Assembly: GCA_027492035.1 (NCBI GenBank)
Contig: JAOZFT010000001.1
Location: 1 to 64,000, forward strand
Direction of reading: 5' to 3'
Source: Thermoproteota archaeon
GTDB taxonomy: Archaea > Korarchaeota > JAOZGF01 > JAOZFZ01
DNA length: 64,000 bases
The notes beneath the pieces were generated by a model, which had not been told where the DNA came from, ran no database searches, and saw nothing but the letters and a program-made list of their open reading frames with translations. The position numbers were made by a program, and so were the translations under genes. Positions 28,582 through 38,201 of this stretch are shown piece after piece. Numbering within the stretch: position 1 is the stretch's first letter; the number at the start of each line of letters is the position of its first letter.

Positions 28582-29394
28582 ATGAGAGTGTTAAAAATGA
28601 ACAGTAAATGGAGAGAAGTTTTTAAGGAGGATAAAGTAATTATAGGTATGGTTCATTTACCTCCTTTACCGGGGACCCCCCTCTACAACGGTTCAGAAAT
28701 CAACCAAATAATGAATTTCGCAGTTAAAGAAGCAGTAAAACTTGAAAAAGGAGGCATAAACGGGGTTATGGTTGAAAACTTCGGTGACAAACCTTTTAGG
28801 AAATATGTTGGGCCGGAGACAGTGGCAACAATGTCTGTCATCTGTAAGGAAATAACTGGAGAAGTGAATGTGCCAGTTGGTGTAAACGTTTTAAGGAACG
28901 ATTCGAAAGCCGCTTTAGCAATTGCTAAAGCAGCTGACTGCAAATTTATAAGGGCTAATGTTCAAACTGGAGTTTACGTAACAGATCAAGGCTTAATTGA
29001 AGGAAAAGCCTTTGAAACCCACATGTTCAGAAAAATTATTGGGGCGGAAAACGTTTTAATCCTGGCTGATGTTTTCACTAAACATGGGTCTCCCTTGTCA
29101 AAGAGGGGAATAGGGGACGAAGCTTATGATTTAGTGGATAGAGGACTTGCTGACGCAGTAATCGTTACAGGAGCTAGGACAGGTTTACCTCCAAACTTGG
29201 AACTTGTTAAAAACGTCAAAGAAGCTTTAAGGGAAGGTGTAGTTTTAATTGGAAGTGGTTTAAATTCAAAAAACTGCAAAAAATTCTTAGAAATAGCTGA
29301 CGGAGCAATTGTAGGCACATCCTTGAAAAAGAGGGGGGAAATAGATGCTGAAAAAGTTAAAGATTTAATGAGGAAAGTTAAAGGTTTAGTTTGA
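28582..29394 (+). CDS. btpA: BtpA/SgcQ family TIM-barrel protein
   Basis: GMVHLPPLPG, ENFGD.PF, GVNVLRND, ADV..KH. Confidence 0.9.
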   Translation: MRVLKMNSKWREVFKEDKVIIGMVHLPPLPGTPLYNGSEINQIMNFAVKEAVKLEKGGINGVMVENFGDKPFRKYVGPETVATMSVICKEITGEVNVPVGVNVLRNDSKAALAIAKAADCKFIRANVQTGVYVTDQGLIEGKAFETHMFRKIIGAENVLILADVFTKHGSPLSKRGIGDEAYDLVDRGLADAVIVTGARTGLPPNLELVKNVKEALREGVVLIGSGLNSKNCKKFLEIADGAIVGTSLKKRGEIDAEKVKDLMRKVKGLV

Positions 29395-29503
29395 AAAATC
29401 AACAATAAACGAAATAAGTTAGATTTTTAAACTTAACAAAGGTTGTTCAGAGGAAGTAAATAGGAAAGGATGGAAAGGAAGAAAATGAGCGAAGGTTCTT
29501 AGA

Positions 29504-30313
29504 ATGGATTTTTTAGTGAGGATTTTTCTAGGTTTCATAGTAGTTGGTGCTTTTGGAGCTATTTCCTACTTAAAGAAATTAGTTAATTTTTCAGGGTTGA
29601 TAATGGGTTTCATAGTGGGTTTCACAGTATTTGTTTTTCCTCAACAAGGTTTAGAGCTTTTCCTTTTACTTTTAACCTTTCACTTAACAGCTGGTTTATT
29701 CACCAAGTACAAATACAATGTAAAAAATAGGTTAGGGGTAGCTGAGGAGAAGAAGGGGGCAAGGGCTTGGACAAACGTTTTTGCTAACGGTTTAATTCCC
29801 GCAGCTTTAGCTTTCATGGAGGGAATGAGAAGTGATCCTGTGTTTGTTTACGGTTTTGTTGGCGCTGTAAGTTCAGCTATGGCCGATACCCTTTCAAACG
29901 AGATAGGGGTGTTGTACAAATACAAGCCTCGAATGATCACTAACTTAAAAGAAAAAGTTAACCCTGGAACTTCAGGGGCGATTTCACCTTTAGGTGAAGC
30001 AGTAATTGCTTTAAGTGGTTTGTTAATTGGTTTCATGGCTTACTTAGCCGGATTAGCTCCTTGGTTCATTATTCCTGTTTCCTTGGTTTCAGCCTTTATT
30101 GGAAACACTGTGGACAGTTTCCTTGGAGCCACTGTCCAAGCAATTTATTACTGTGAGAATTGCAGAAAAGAAACTGAAAAGAAGGTTCACAGCTGCGGCT
30201 CAATCACTAAATTAGTTAGGGGAAACGAAAAAATCAATAACCATGTTGTTAACTTCTTCATGAGTTTAACAGGTTGTTTAACAGGTATTCTTCTTTATTA
30301 CTTCTTCATTTAA
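29504..30313 (+). CDS. DUF92 (TMEM19) membrane protein
   Basis: R.WTNVFANG, ADT.S.EIG, PGTSGAIS..G, DSFLGATVQ, NNHVVN. Confidence 0.88.
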   Translation: MDFLVRIFLGFIVVGAFGAISYLKKLVNFSGLIMGFIVGFTVFVFPQQGLELFLLLLTFHLTAGLFTKYKYNVKNRLGVAEEKKGARAWTNVFANGLIPAALAFMEGMRSDPVFVYGFVGAVSSAMADTLSNEIGVLYKYKPRMITNLKEKVNPGTSGAISPLGEAVIALSGLLIGFMAYLAGLAPWFIIPVSLVSAFIGNTVDSFLGATVQAIYYCENCRKETEKKVHSCGSITKLVRGNEKINNHVVNFFMSLTGCLTGILLYYFFI

Positions 30314-30350
30314 AACCGTTAAAAAACACAAAAAGTGTAGTGGCAGTTTT

Positions 30351-31619
30351 TCACAGAGTGTAAACGTCACCATTTTTCGGTGCCACAGCGTTTATGTCAA
30401 GAGATTCACTTATTTCCTGTGCAAAAAACCAAATTTTCTTTTTTTCACCGTGAACTGTAAAAACTGTCAAGTCTTTATGGAGGAAATGTTTAATTATCTC
30501 CATCAACTGGGATTTTCCTGCGTGGGAGGAGAAATCAAATTTTTTAATTTTTATTCCTGGTTCAATAAGTTCTTCTCCTACTTGAATAACTTTTTCGTCA
30601 AGTAAACGTCTTCCAGGAGTTCCTTCAATCTGGTAACCGACAAAAAATAAAGCATTCCTTTCGTCCTCTATTAAATGTTTTAAATAATTGCGTACAGGTC
30701 CTCCTTGGAGCATACCCGCGGGTGAAACAATAACTGAAGGCTTAAAGAGGGCTTTCCTCCTCATTTTGTCACCTACTACAAACTTGACATGTCTCAAGGC
30801 TTGCTTGTAGAAGTTAGGGTTTGCAAGAAATTCACTGTAATTCTCAAAAACTTTACTTATTGACCTAGCCATTCCGTCCAAATACACTGGGTAGGAGGAA
30901 GAAACACCGTATTTTTCAAGAACCATCAAAATTTCTTGCGACCTTGAAATAGAAAAAGCAGGAACCAAAACTTTACCTCCCTGATTAAGCACTTCATAAA
31001 CTTCGTCAATGAACTGTTTCTCAAGTTCCTTTCTTTTGGGGTGATCTATGTCGCAGTAAGTGCTCTCTATTATTAAACAGTCAGGTTTAATATTGGGAAG
31101 GTAAGCTCCATTAATTAATTGGGTGTTTATTGTGTTTATGTCTGAAGTGTAAATTAATTTCTTCCCGTTTATGTCTAAAGAAACATAAAAACTTCCGGGG
31201 ATGTGGCCTGAGTCATAGAAGTGAATTCTCCAATCCTTTACCTTAACTTTTTGGTTGTAACTGATTTTTTTGGCAGACTTAAAAACATTCTTCACCTCCT
31301 GCAGACCAAAGTTTAGACTTTCCCTGCTCAACTTTATTTGGTCCCTTATTAAGAAACGGAAAAGCTCAAAACTGACGGCCGTACTTAAGACAGGTCTTGA
31401 CTTGGTTAAGTAAAGGGAAGGAGCTGCACCTGTATGGTCTAAATGTGCATGGGTGAGAACAAGTAAATTGTAATCATTTGGTGACACGTACCCAGGGAAG
31501 TGAGGGTGGTCATTCAGTAATATACCGTAATCAAGAAGCACTCCACTTCTTCTGTTTTCAACAAGGATAGCCGCCCTCCCAACTTCTTCACAACCACCTA
31601 GAAACTCAACTTCAGGCAT
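30351..31619 (-). CDS. Beta-CASP metallo-beta-lactamase RNase (aCPSF2-like)
   Basis: GGCEEVGR, THAHLDH, GHIPGS, ESTY, FSSHAG, VHGE. Confidence 0.88.
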   Translation of the reverse strand: MPEVEFLGGCEEVGRAAILVENRRSGVLLDYGILLNDHPHFPGYVSPNDYNLLVLTHAHLDHTGAAPSLYLTKSRPVLSTAVSFELFRFLIRDQIKLSRESLNFGLQEVKNVFKSAKKISYNQKVKVKDWRIHFYDSGHIPGSFYVSLDINGKKLIYTSDINTINTQLINGAYLPNIKPDCLIIESTYCDIDHPKRKELEKQFIDEVYEVLNQGGKVLVPAFSISRSQEILMVLEKYGVSSSYPVYLDGMARSISKVFENYSEFLANPNFYKQALRHVKFVVGDKMRRKALFKPSVIVSPAGMLQGGPVRNYLKHLIEDERNALFFVGYQIEGTPGRRLLDEKVIQVGEELIEPGIKIKKFDFSSHAGKSQLMEIIKHFLHKDLTVFTVHGEKKKIWFFAQEISESLDINAVAPKNGDVYTL

Positions 31620-31692
31620 AAAGAAACCTCTAAAGTTTAAAACTCTTTTTAATAGAACAAATCCTTAAACTTCCCTTTCCTATCTTCACTTT

Positions 31693-32616
31693 TTAATCTT
31701 CAGACCTAGATAATACGTCTTTTTCTTTTTGACGTGCCTCATATCTTTCTCTGACCCTACGTATATCCTTCTTTAATGCTTCACTTAGTTTCTTATATTC
31801 TGAAGAGGGTAAAGTCCCTGTTTTATGCCTTGTTTCAATTTCTTCAAGTTTTAAGTTTAACTCGTTTAATTTGGTTGAAAGCTTTTCCAGTTCATTTTCA
31901 ACCCTAACTCTTTCTTCCCCCATTTTACTTTCTAAACTGGAAACTTTGTTGGTGTACTCCTCTTTTAATTTACTGTAAACAGCTTCGGAAACTTTACCTT
32001 CCTCATGATCTTTTTCAAGTTTGTTTAAAGCATCAGATACTTTCCTGTGTTCCTTAACTAATTTAACCACTTCACTCCTAACTTCAGGAGCCTCCATCCC
32101 CCTAACTCTCCACCTAACCCTTGCAGCCTTAATTTTTAAGTAGAAACCTAGAATTATCAGCAACAAAATAACAAGTGCAAGTAAATAGTAAAAGTCACCA
32201 ACCTCTACCTCAAGCTGCAACTCATTTGAAACTTTCTGTTGATTAGAAATAACAGATAATTTAACAGTGTACTCACCTGGAGGAGTGTAAAAAGGAACAA
32301 CTATTCTTTTCCTGTGAACATCAGTGTCACCAGGTGAAATAACTTGTTTCCAAACATCTTTATAGGAATAAATTGAGAACTTGTAGTTAATTAAGGGGAT
32401 GAGGAGGTAAATTTCAATGTCTATGTAATCGGTACGAAGGTCTTCGTCACCGTGGTTGGAGATATACAGTTTAGCTTCAACATAATCTCCAGGTTTAATT
32501 TTCTTTTCACTTAACACTAGAACTGTGGTTACAGGTTGACATGCACTATGTTGCAGGAAAACAGAGAAAAGTAAAACAAGAAAAATACTTAAAGTTAAAA
32601 TTTTGTTTTGAAACAC
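31693..32616 (-). CDS. Single-pass membrane protein: extracellular Ig-like domain plus cytoplasmic CdvA-like coiled coil
   Basis: Signal peptide, beta-rich domain ending PPGEYTVKL, TM helix, then two helical-hairpin repeats (LEKDHEEGKVSEAVYSKLKEEY; LEEIETRHKTGTLPSSEYKKL). Confidence 0.6.
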   Translation of the reverse strand: MFQNKILTLSIFLVLLFSVFLQHSACQPVTTVLVLSEKKIKPGDYVEAKLYISNHGDEDLRTDYIDIEIYLLIPLINYKFSIYSYKDVWKQVISPGDTDVHRKRIVVPFYTPPGEYTVKLSVISNQQKVSNELQLEVEVGDFYYLLALVILLLIILGFYLKIKAARVRWRVRGMEAPEVRSEVVKLVKEHRKVSDALNKLEKDHEEGKVSEAVYSKLKEEYTNKVSSLESKMGEERVRVENELEKLSTKLNELNLKLEEIETRHKTGTLPSSEYKKLSEALKKDIRRVRERYEARQKEKDVLSRSED

Positions 32617-33132
32617 TCATATTCTCCTCAATAAAAAGGTTTAATGCATCCTTAAAAATAAAACAAGAAAAAAGGCATATTTCTAACAATTTAAAAATTT
32701 GTTGGTTAAACATACCCATCTGAAACACTTTTGGTTTTTATTTGTTAGGAACTGTCTTGAACCGTAAAAATCAGTGTTTCAAGTCATAAGTGTTATTTCA
32801 AGCTAGGTAAGTAATTCAGCAACTTCATCGCTTCTTATCCGGGACAATGAAAAACAAAAAACAAATTCATTTAACAACAAACCTTCCTATAAGCTGCTGA
32901 GCCAAAAAACTTATTTAATCCTTTGATAAATTACTTGTTTCAACTTTTTTCAAGAATCCAAAAAAGGTTTCCTACACCTTTTTTAGCCCCCCTCTCTTCT
33001 TTTTACCTCAAGACCTTTTGAAACCAGCAAAAAATTTTTCTATTCTTGAATACATTACTTTAAAATTTTTTAAAAGAATTAAAAAGGCAGTTTATTAAGA
33101 AAGGATAAGTTAAGCATGTGCAGGAGTAAGAT

Positions 33133-33906
33133 ATGAGCGCCGAAATAATTTCAACAGGTAATGAACTTTTAATGGGGTTAATTGAAAACTCAAACGCTAA
33201 ATGGCTTGCTAGAAAACTGACGGAACTAGGTTTTGAAGTAAAGAGGATAACGGTGGTAAGTGACAAGAAAAGAGATATTTCACAGGCTTTTAAAGAAGCA
33301 ATTGAAAGAGAAACAAACGTAGTAATTTCAACAGGAGGTTTAGGGCCCACGCTTGATGATAAAACATTGGAGGCATTAGCTGAAACCTTGAATTTAAAGA
33401 TTGCAACAAACAAGGAGGCTTTAGAGATGATCAAGTTGAAATGTAAGGTTCACGGTTTAGAATTAAATCAAGCAAGGCTCAAAATGGCTTTGCTTCCTGT
33501 AAACGCTGAACCAATTGAAAACCCTTCAGGTTTAGCTCCTGCAGTGAAAATAAAAACAGGCAAGACCATTATTTACTGTTTACCAGGAGTACCCGTGGAA
33601 ATGAAGAAAATTTTTAGGAAGAAAATCCTGCCTGAGTTAACGCAAAAAAATAAACAATTGCTTTTTAAGGAAAGGAAAGCGAAGCTTGAAGGAGTTTTTG
33701 AATCTGAATTGGTTCCCGTGCTTAAGAAAGTAAGAGAGGAATTCCCTGATGTCTACGTTAAAACAAGGGTGGTTCCAACCAAAGGAATAATTCTTTATTG
33801 CTCAACCAAGGGATTGAAGAAGGAGGCACAAGAAAAACTGAATAAAGTAATAAAAATAGTAGATAGTTACGTCAACTGGTTAAGCAAGGAAAGGGGAAGG
33901 AGGTAA
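33133..33906 (+). CDS. cinA: CinA N-terminal/COG1058 molybdopterin-binding-fold protein (ADP-ribose/FAD pyrophosphatase-like)
   Basis: GNELLMG...NSN..WLA, TGGLGPT.DD.T, LPGVP.EM. Confidence 0.85.
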   Translation: MSAEIISTGNELLMGLIENSNAKWLARKLTELGFEVKRITVVSDKKRDISQAFKEAIERETNVVISTGGLGPTLDDKTLEALAETLNLKIATNKEALEMIKLKCKVHGLELNQARLKMALLPVNAEPIENPSGLAPAVKIKTGKTIIYCLPGVPVEMKKIFRKKILPELTQKNKQLLFKERKAKLEGVFESELVPVLKKVREEFPDVYVKTRVVPTKGIILYCSTKGLKKEAQEKLNKVIKIVDSYVNWLSKERGRR

Positions 33907-33908
33907 AG

Positions 33909-35057
33909 GTGAAAATTAAACCTGGAAAATATTTCCTTCAAGGAAACATAGCCTTAGCTGAAGCAGCTATAAAAGCAGGTTGCCTGTTCTATGCAGGTTA
34001 CCCAATAACTCCCGCAAGTGAAATAATGGAACATATGGCTAAAAGGTTACCAGAGGAGAAAGGAGTGTTCATTCAAATGGAGGATGAAATAGCTTCAATA
34101 GCCGCTTGCATAGGGGCAAGCTGGGCTGGGGTTAAAGCAATGACAGCGACTTCAGGTCCAGGTTTTAGTTTAATGCAAGAAAACATAGGGTTAGCTGTGA
34201 TGACAGAAACTCCCTTAGTAATTGTGGATGTGCAAAGAACAGGGCCTAGCACAGGACAAGCAACAAAAGCGGCACAGGGAGATATTATGCAAACTAGGTG
34301 GGGGAGACATGGAGACCAGGAAGTGATTGTTTTAGCTCCAAACTCTGTTCAAGAAATGTTTAACTTAACAATTAAAGCTTTTAATTTAACTGAAAAATAT
34401 AGAACCCCGGTTATTGTGTTAGCTGACGAAGCAATTGCACATTTACATGAAAACTTGACAGTGAAGGAGGGTATAGAAGTATTTAATCGTGAGAAACCTA
34501 GAAAAAAAGAAAAAAGGTTTTTTGGGTGTGAAAAAAAGGATTGTGTCCCGCCGATGCCTTCAGTAGGCGAAGGATTTGATGTTTTAGTTACTGGTTCAAG
34601 CCATGACGAATACGGCGTAAGGTTTACAGCAAACCCTCAAGTTCATGAAAAACTCGTGAATAGACTTGTGAACAAAATAAGGTTGAGAAGGAAAGAAATA
34701 ATTGAAGCTGAAACATATATGGTTGATGAGTGTGAAATAGGGGTTGTAAGTATAGGTTGCGTCTCAAGAGCTGTTTATGAAGCTGTTGAATTAGCTGAAA
34801 AAGAAGGGTTTAGAGTAGGTTTCGTAAGACCTAAAACTGTTTGGCCTTTCCCTGAAGAACAAGTGGAGAAACTAGCCTCCAATGCAAACTTCATCTTGGT
34901 GCCTGAATTAAACACGGGGCAATTGATTAAAGAAGTTGAAAGGGTAACCGTAACCAAGAAAAAGGAGAAAGTGATACCTTTCAACAAAATAGGTGGGGGA
35001 AGAATGATTTCACCCACTGAAATATTGAAAGAAATAAAGAGGTTAAGCAGAAACTGA
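33909..35057 (+). CDS. korA: 2-oxoacid:ferredoxin oxidoreductase alpha subunit
   Basis: YAGYPITPASE, QMEDEIAS, TATSGPG, QRTGPSTG. Confidence 0.92.
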   Translation: MKIKPGKYFLQGNIALAEAAIKAGCLFYAGYPITPASEIMEHMAKRLPEEKGVFIQMEDEIASIAACIGASWAGVKAMTATSGPGFSLMQENIGLAVMTETPLVIVDVQRTGPSTGQATKAAQGDIMQTRWGRHGDQEVIVLAPNSVQEMFNLTIKAFNLTEKYRTPVIVLADEAIAHLHENLTVKEGIEVFNREKPRKKEKRFFGCEKKDCVPPMPSVGEGFDVLVTGSSHDEYGVRFTANPQVHEKLVNRLVNKIRLRRKEIIEAETYMVDECEIGVVSIGCVSRAVYEAVELAEKEGFRVGFVRPKTVWPFPEEQVEKLASNANFILVPELNTGQLIKEVERVTVTKKKEKVIPFNKIGGGRMISPTEILKEIKRLSRN

Positions 35058-35186
35058 AAAAGAAAAGTGAAGAGAACCCTTAACAACCTTATAAACTAAG
35101 TTAAAGCAGCATCTATAACAACTCCTTGAATTAAATAGTAACTTTAAATACTGTAAATATTGTTTTGTTATATAGGCTGAAGTACT

Positions 35187-35413
35187 ATGTCATTAACTAA
35201 AGTAACTCGAAACTATCAGGTGACTCTTCCTGCAGAAGTTAGGAGGACACTTGGCATCAAAGAAGGGGATTGCTTAGAGGTAAAAGTAGAAGATGGAAAC
35301 ATCGTTACGAGTAAATTGGAGAGAAAAAGGAAAAGGATTAAACTTGGAAAAAACTTACGTTAGAGGAGATTGAAAAAGAAATTGAAAGAGGGTTTACTGA
35401 ATGTATGCAGTGA
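35187..35413 (+). pseudogene. vapB: AbrB/MazE-type VapB antitoxin, frameshifted near the 3' end
   Basis: MSLTKVTRNYQVTLPAEVRRTLGIKEGD...LGKNLR* (stop 35361-63); another frame continues LEEIEKEIERGFTECMQ* to 35413, overlapping vapC. Confidence 0.8.
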
Positions 35414-35820
35414 TAGACACCAACATTTTAATCTATGACACCTTTGAAAACTCAGAAAAACATGAACCCGCTGAAAAACTACTGAATTCTTTGAGTAAGT
35501 GGCTGATTCCAGTTATGCCACTTTGCGAGTATATTTGGTTCTTTAAAAGGCAGAAGCTTGACACTTACGAAGTTAAAGGCCTTGTTGAAGGCTACATATT
35601 AGATCCTCACTGCAAAATTCATGTAGACAACGGAACTCGCTTAAAAAACGCTTTCGAAACTGTAGCATCTCAAAAACTCCCCTTAACACAGATCAAGGAC
35701 ATGGTGATACTTTCACATGCGAAACTTAGCAAAGCACCCTGGCAATCTTTGATTGGAAACTTAGGAGAAAAGCCATGGAACATAGGGTTAGAACAATACT
35801 TTAAGATGAAGCAAAACTAA
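35401..35820 (+). pseudogene. vapC: PIN-domain VapC toxin with frameshifted C-terminus
   Basis: VIDTNILIY, conserved E and D residues; frameshift at about 35738 hides the canonical end LAIFDWKLRRKAMEHRVRTIL* (stop 35802-04). Confidence 0.8.
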
Positions 35821-35825
35821 GGTTT

Positions 35826-36686
35826 TTGACAACTGGAAAAGGAAATGTGGAGATGAAGGGGAGATATTACTTAAGGAAGTTTTTAAGGGAGGAGCATTTA
35901 CCCACAAAATTCTGTCCAGGCTGCGGATTAGGCATTGTAATGAACCTATTCCTTAAAGCAGTTGATGAATCAGGGTATAAAGAGTTAAGTGGAAAGTTTG
36001 TTTTTGTTTCAGGAATTGGGTGTTCAGCCTGGATTCCGTCTCCATATTTTAAAGCGGACTCAATCCATGTTACACATGGACGAAGCATCCCTGTTGCAAC
36101 AGGTATAAAACTTGCTAAACCTGAATTGAAAGTTGTTGTTTTCGGTGGAGACGGAGACTTAGCTGGGATAGGTTTACATCACTTAATTTTTGCAGCACAT
36201 AGAAATGTTGAATTAACTGTTATAATGTGTAACAACATGACTTACGCCATGACAGGTGGACAAGCTGCACCCACAACTCCTTATGGAGTAAAAACGGTTA
36301 CCACCCCTTACGGAAAAATATCGAAAGAACTGGATATTTCAAAAATATTGGTGGATGCAGGTTCATCCTATGTTGCCAGGTGGACAACAGCCCACCCTAT
36401 CCAGTTAAAGAAATCCTTCAAAAAGGCTTTAGAAATAAACGGTTTCTCATTTGTAGAAGTTTATTCACAGTGTCCTACCCGTTTTGGGAAAGAACTAAAC
36501 ATGTTTAAACCTGTAGAAATGATGGAGTGGTTTAAAAGAAACAGTAAAGTTTTGAAGAAGGGGGAGACAATTGAAAATGGAGAAATGAAACTTGTTTTGG
36601 GTGAATTTGTCGAAAGAAAAAGACATGGATACTGTGAACTTTACTACAGAAATATTTTAGGGGAGGAGTTGGAAAAATGGAGATAA
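35826..36686 (+). CDS. korB: 2-oxoacid:ferredoxin oxidoreductase beta subunit
   Basis: FCPGCG, SGIGC, HGR, TPP motif GGDGD...NN, MTGGQ. Confidence 0.92.
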   Translation: MTTGKGNVEMKGRYYLRKFLREEHLPTKFCPGCGLGIVMNLFLKAVDESGYKELSGKFVFVSGIGCSAWIPSPYFKADSIHVTHGRSIPVATGIKLAKPELKVVVFGGDGDLAGIGLHHLIFAAHRNVELTVIMCNNMTYAMTGGQAAPTTPYGVKTVTTPYGKISKELDISKILVDAGSSYVARWTTAHPIQLKKSFKKALEINGFSFVEVYSQCPTRFGKELNMFKPVEMMEWFKRNSKVLKKGETIENGEMKLVLGEFVERKRHGYCELYYRNILGEELEKWR

Positions 36687-37249
36687 AGGATAAAATCCAA
36701 ATTGTAATTGAAGGAGTTGGAGGGCAAGGGATAATTTTTGCAGGTTATGTTTTAGCTTATTCAGCCTTCAAGTCAGGCTACTTTGTTGCCCAGTCAAAGG
36801 AATACGGTTCAGAATCGAGGGGCACAAGAGTAAAAAGTAAAGTAGTTGTTTCTAAAAAGGAAGTAAAGCATCCCTTCGTTGAACAATGCAACGTGTTAGC
36901 GGCGTTAACGGATCCCTCCATCGAAACCCTTAAAACTTTAACTCCAGAATCAAAAATCTTCTTAAACTCTTCCTTGATAAAGAAACAGTTACTTACAAAA
37001 TTTTCTGAAAAGACGGAAATTTATTTGATTCCAGCCACTGAACTTTCAAACAAAAAATTCTTAACCCCCCTATTTGCAAACATTATTTTGCTAGGTTACC
37101 TAATTAAAGGAACTGGTTTTTTAAGGTTTGAAACAGTGAAAAATGTTTTAAGAGAGGAGATAGGTGGGACTAGAAGTGAAGAAAACATTTCAGCCCTTGA
37201 AACCGGTTACTTTTATGAAGAAGAAAAGTTTGAGAGAGTTAAGGAATGA
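36677..37249 (+). CDS. korC: 2-oxoacid:ferredoxin oxidoreductase gamma subunit
   Basis: GVGGQG, YGSESRG, ANIILLG. Confidence 0.88.
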   Translation: MEIKDKIQIVIEGVGGQGIIFAGYVLAYSAFKSGYFVAQSKEYGSESRGTRVKSKVVVSKKEVKHPFVEQCNVLAALTDPSIETLKTLTPESKIFLNSSLIKKQLLTKFSEKTEIYLIPATELSNKKFLTPLFANIILLGYLIKGTGFLRFETVKNVLREEIGGTRSEENISALETGYFYEEEKFERVKE

Positions 37250-37491
37250 TTAAGAATTACAGGGTTAATTCAGGGAAGGGGAAAAGAACTATTTCCATCG
37301 ATGAAACCCTTTGCAAAGGATGCGGGATCTGTGTTTGGGTTTGCCCAAAAAAAGTTTTCACTTTCTCAAATAACCTCACTTCTCAAGGCTTCTATGTTGC
37401 TAAGGTACTTAACAAAAGGGAATGTTTAGGGTGCAGACTTTGTGAAATACAATGTCCAGACTTTTGCATAAATGTTTCTGAGTTATCATAA
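37246..37491 (+). CDS. korD: 2-oxoacid:ferredoxin oxidoreductase delta subunit (2x[4Fe-4S])
   Basis: CKGCGICVWVCP and CLGCRLCEIQCPD. Confidence 0.9.
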   Translation: MIKNYRVNSGKGKRTISIDETLCKGCGICVWVCPKKVFTFSNNLTSQGFYVAKVLNKRECLGCRLCEIQCPDFCINVSELS

Positions 37492-37583
37492 AAAGGGTTT
37501 TTCAGTAAGGAACTTTTCCTAAACCCTCAAAAAGTTTTTGTAGGGGTAATTTTTGCGACGCAACCTTCCTTTTAATGAAAAAA

Positions 37584-38201
37584 TCAAAACCCTTTATTTT
37601 CCAGCTTAAAAACATTTCTCCTAAGTAGTTCCTTATAAATTTTTAGGAAGAGTTTTTTCATTTTCTTGGCTGAAACCTTTATTTTCTTTTTTCCTTTTAA
37701 AGTTTTTGGGATGTTCCTTTCTTGTAGAAAGTTTACCAAGATTTTTTTGTTTTTGTTTTCCAAGTTAAGATGCTTTAATGCTTCTTCAGCTAATTGTTCC
37801 TCTGAGTAACCGCAGTACTGAAGCTCTTTCTCTGAATGTGTCAAGGTATAGTTTTCAACAAGTTCAAAAAAGATTTGTGTAAATACTTGGTTCGGTTCTA
37901 TTTTTCCGTAATAGTTTTTTAAGGCTGTAAATAAATCTTTTTTCGTTTTAAACCCATCTATTTTAGCGTCTTCATCCGTTATTTCATGTAAAGTTTTTGT
38001 CTTAACCTTTTTAATCTTTACTTTACCGATGAGTTTTCCATTGCAGTGAATATAGAGCACAGATCCCCTTTCCACTTTGATTTTTCCAAGTCTTAAGGTT
38101 GATTTCTTCTCCCCCGAAAGGATTTGCTGTTCGAAAACTTTGTCAAAGAATAAATGTTTAATTCTTTTCTTTTTATTCATCCCTTTCCTCCGTTTTTCCA
38201 T
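37584..38201 (-). CDS. ASCH-domain protein with C-terminal helical extension
   Basis: ILSGEKKSTLR (GxKxxTxR), ITDEDAKIDGF; likely ATG at 38180 overlapping the tmcA stop. Confidence 0.85.
   Translation of the reverse strand: MEKRRKGMNKKKRIKHLFFDKVFEQQILSGEKKSTLRLGKIKVERGSVLYIHCNGKLIGKVKIKKVKTKTLHEITDEDAKIDGFKTKKDLFTALKNYYGKIEPNQVFTQIFFELVENYTLTHSEKELQYCGYSEEQLAEEALKHLNLENKNKKILVNFLQERNIPKTLKGKKKIKVSAKKMKKLFLKIYKELLRRNVFKLENKGF

Noticed and set aside
32617-33132. Long intergenic region as ncRNA or pseudogene
   Set aside because: No structure, repeats or assignable peptide fragments
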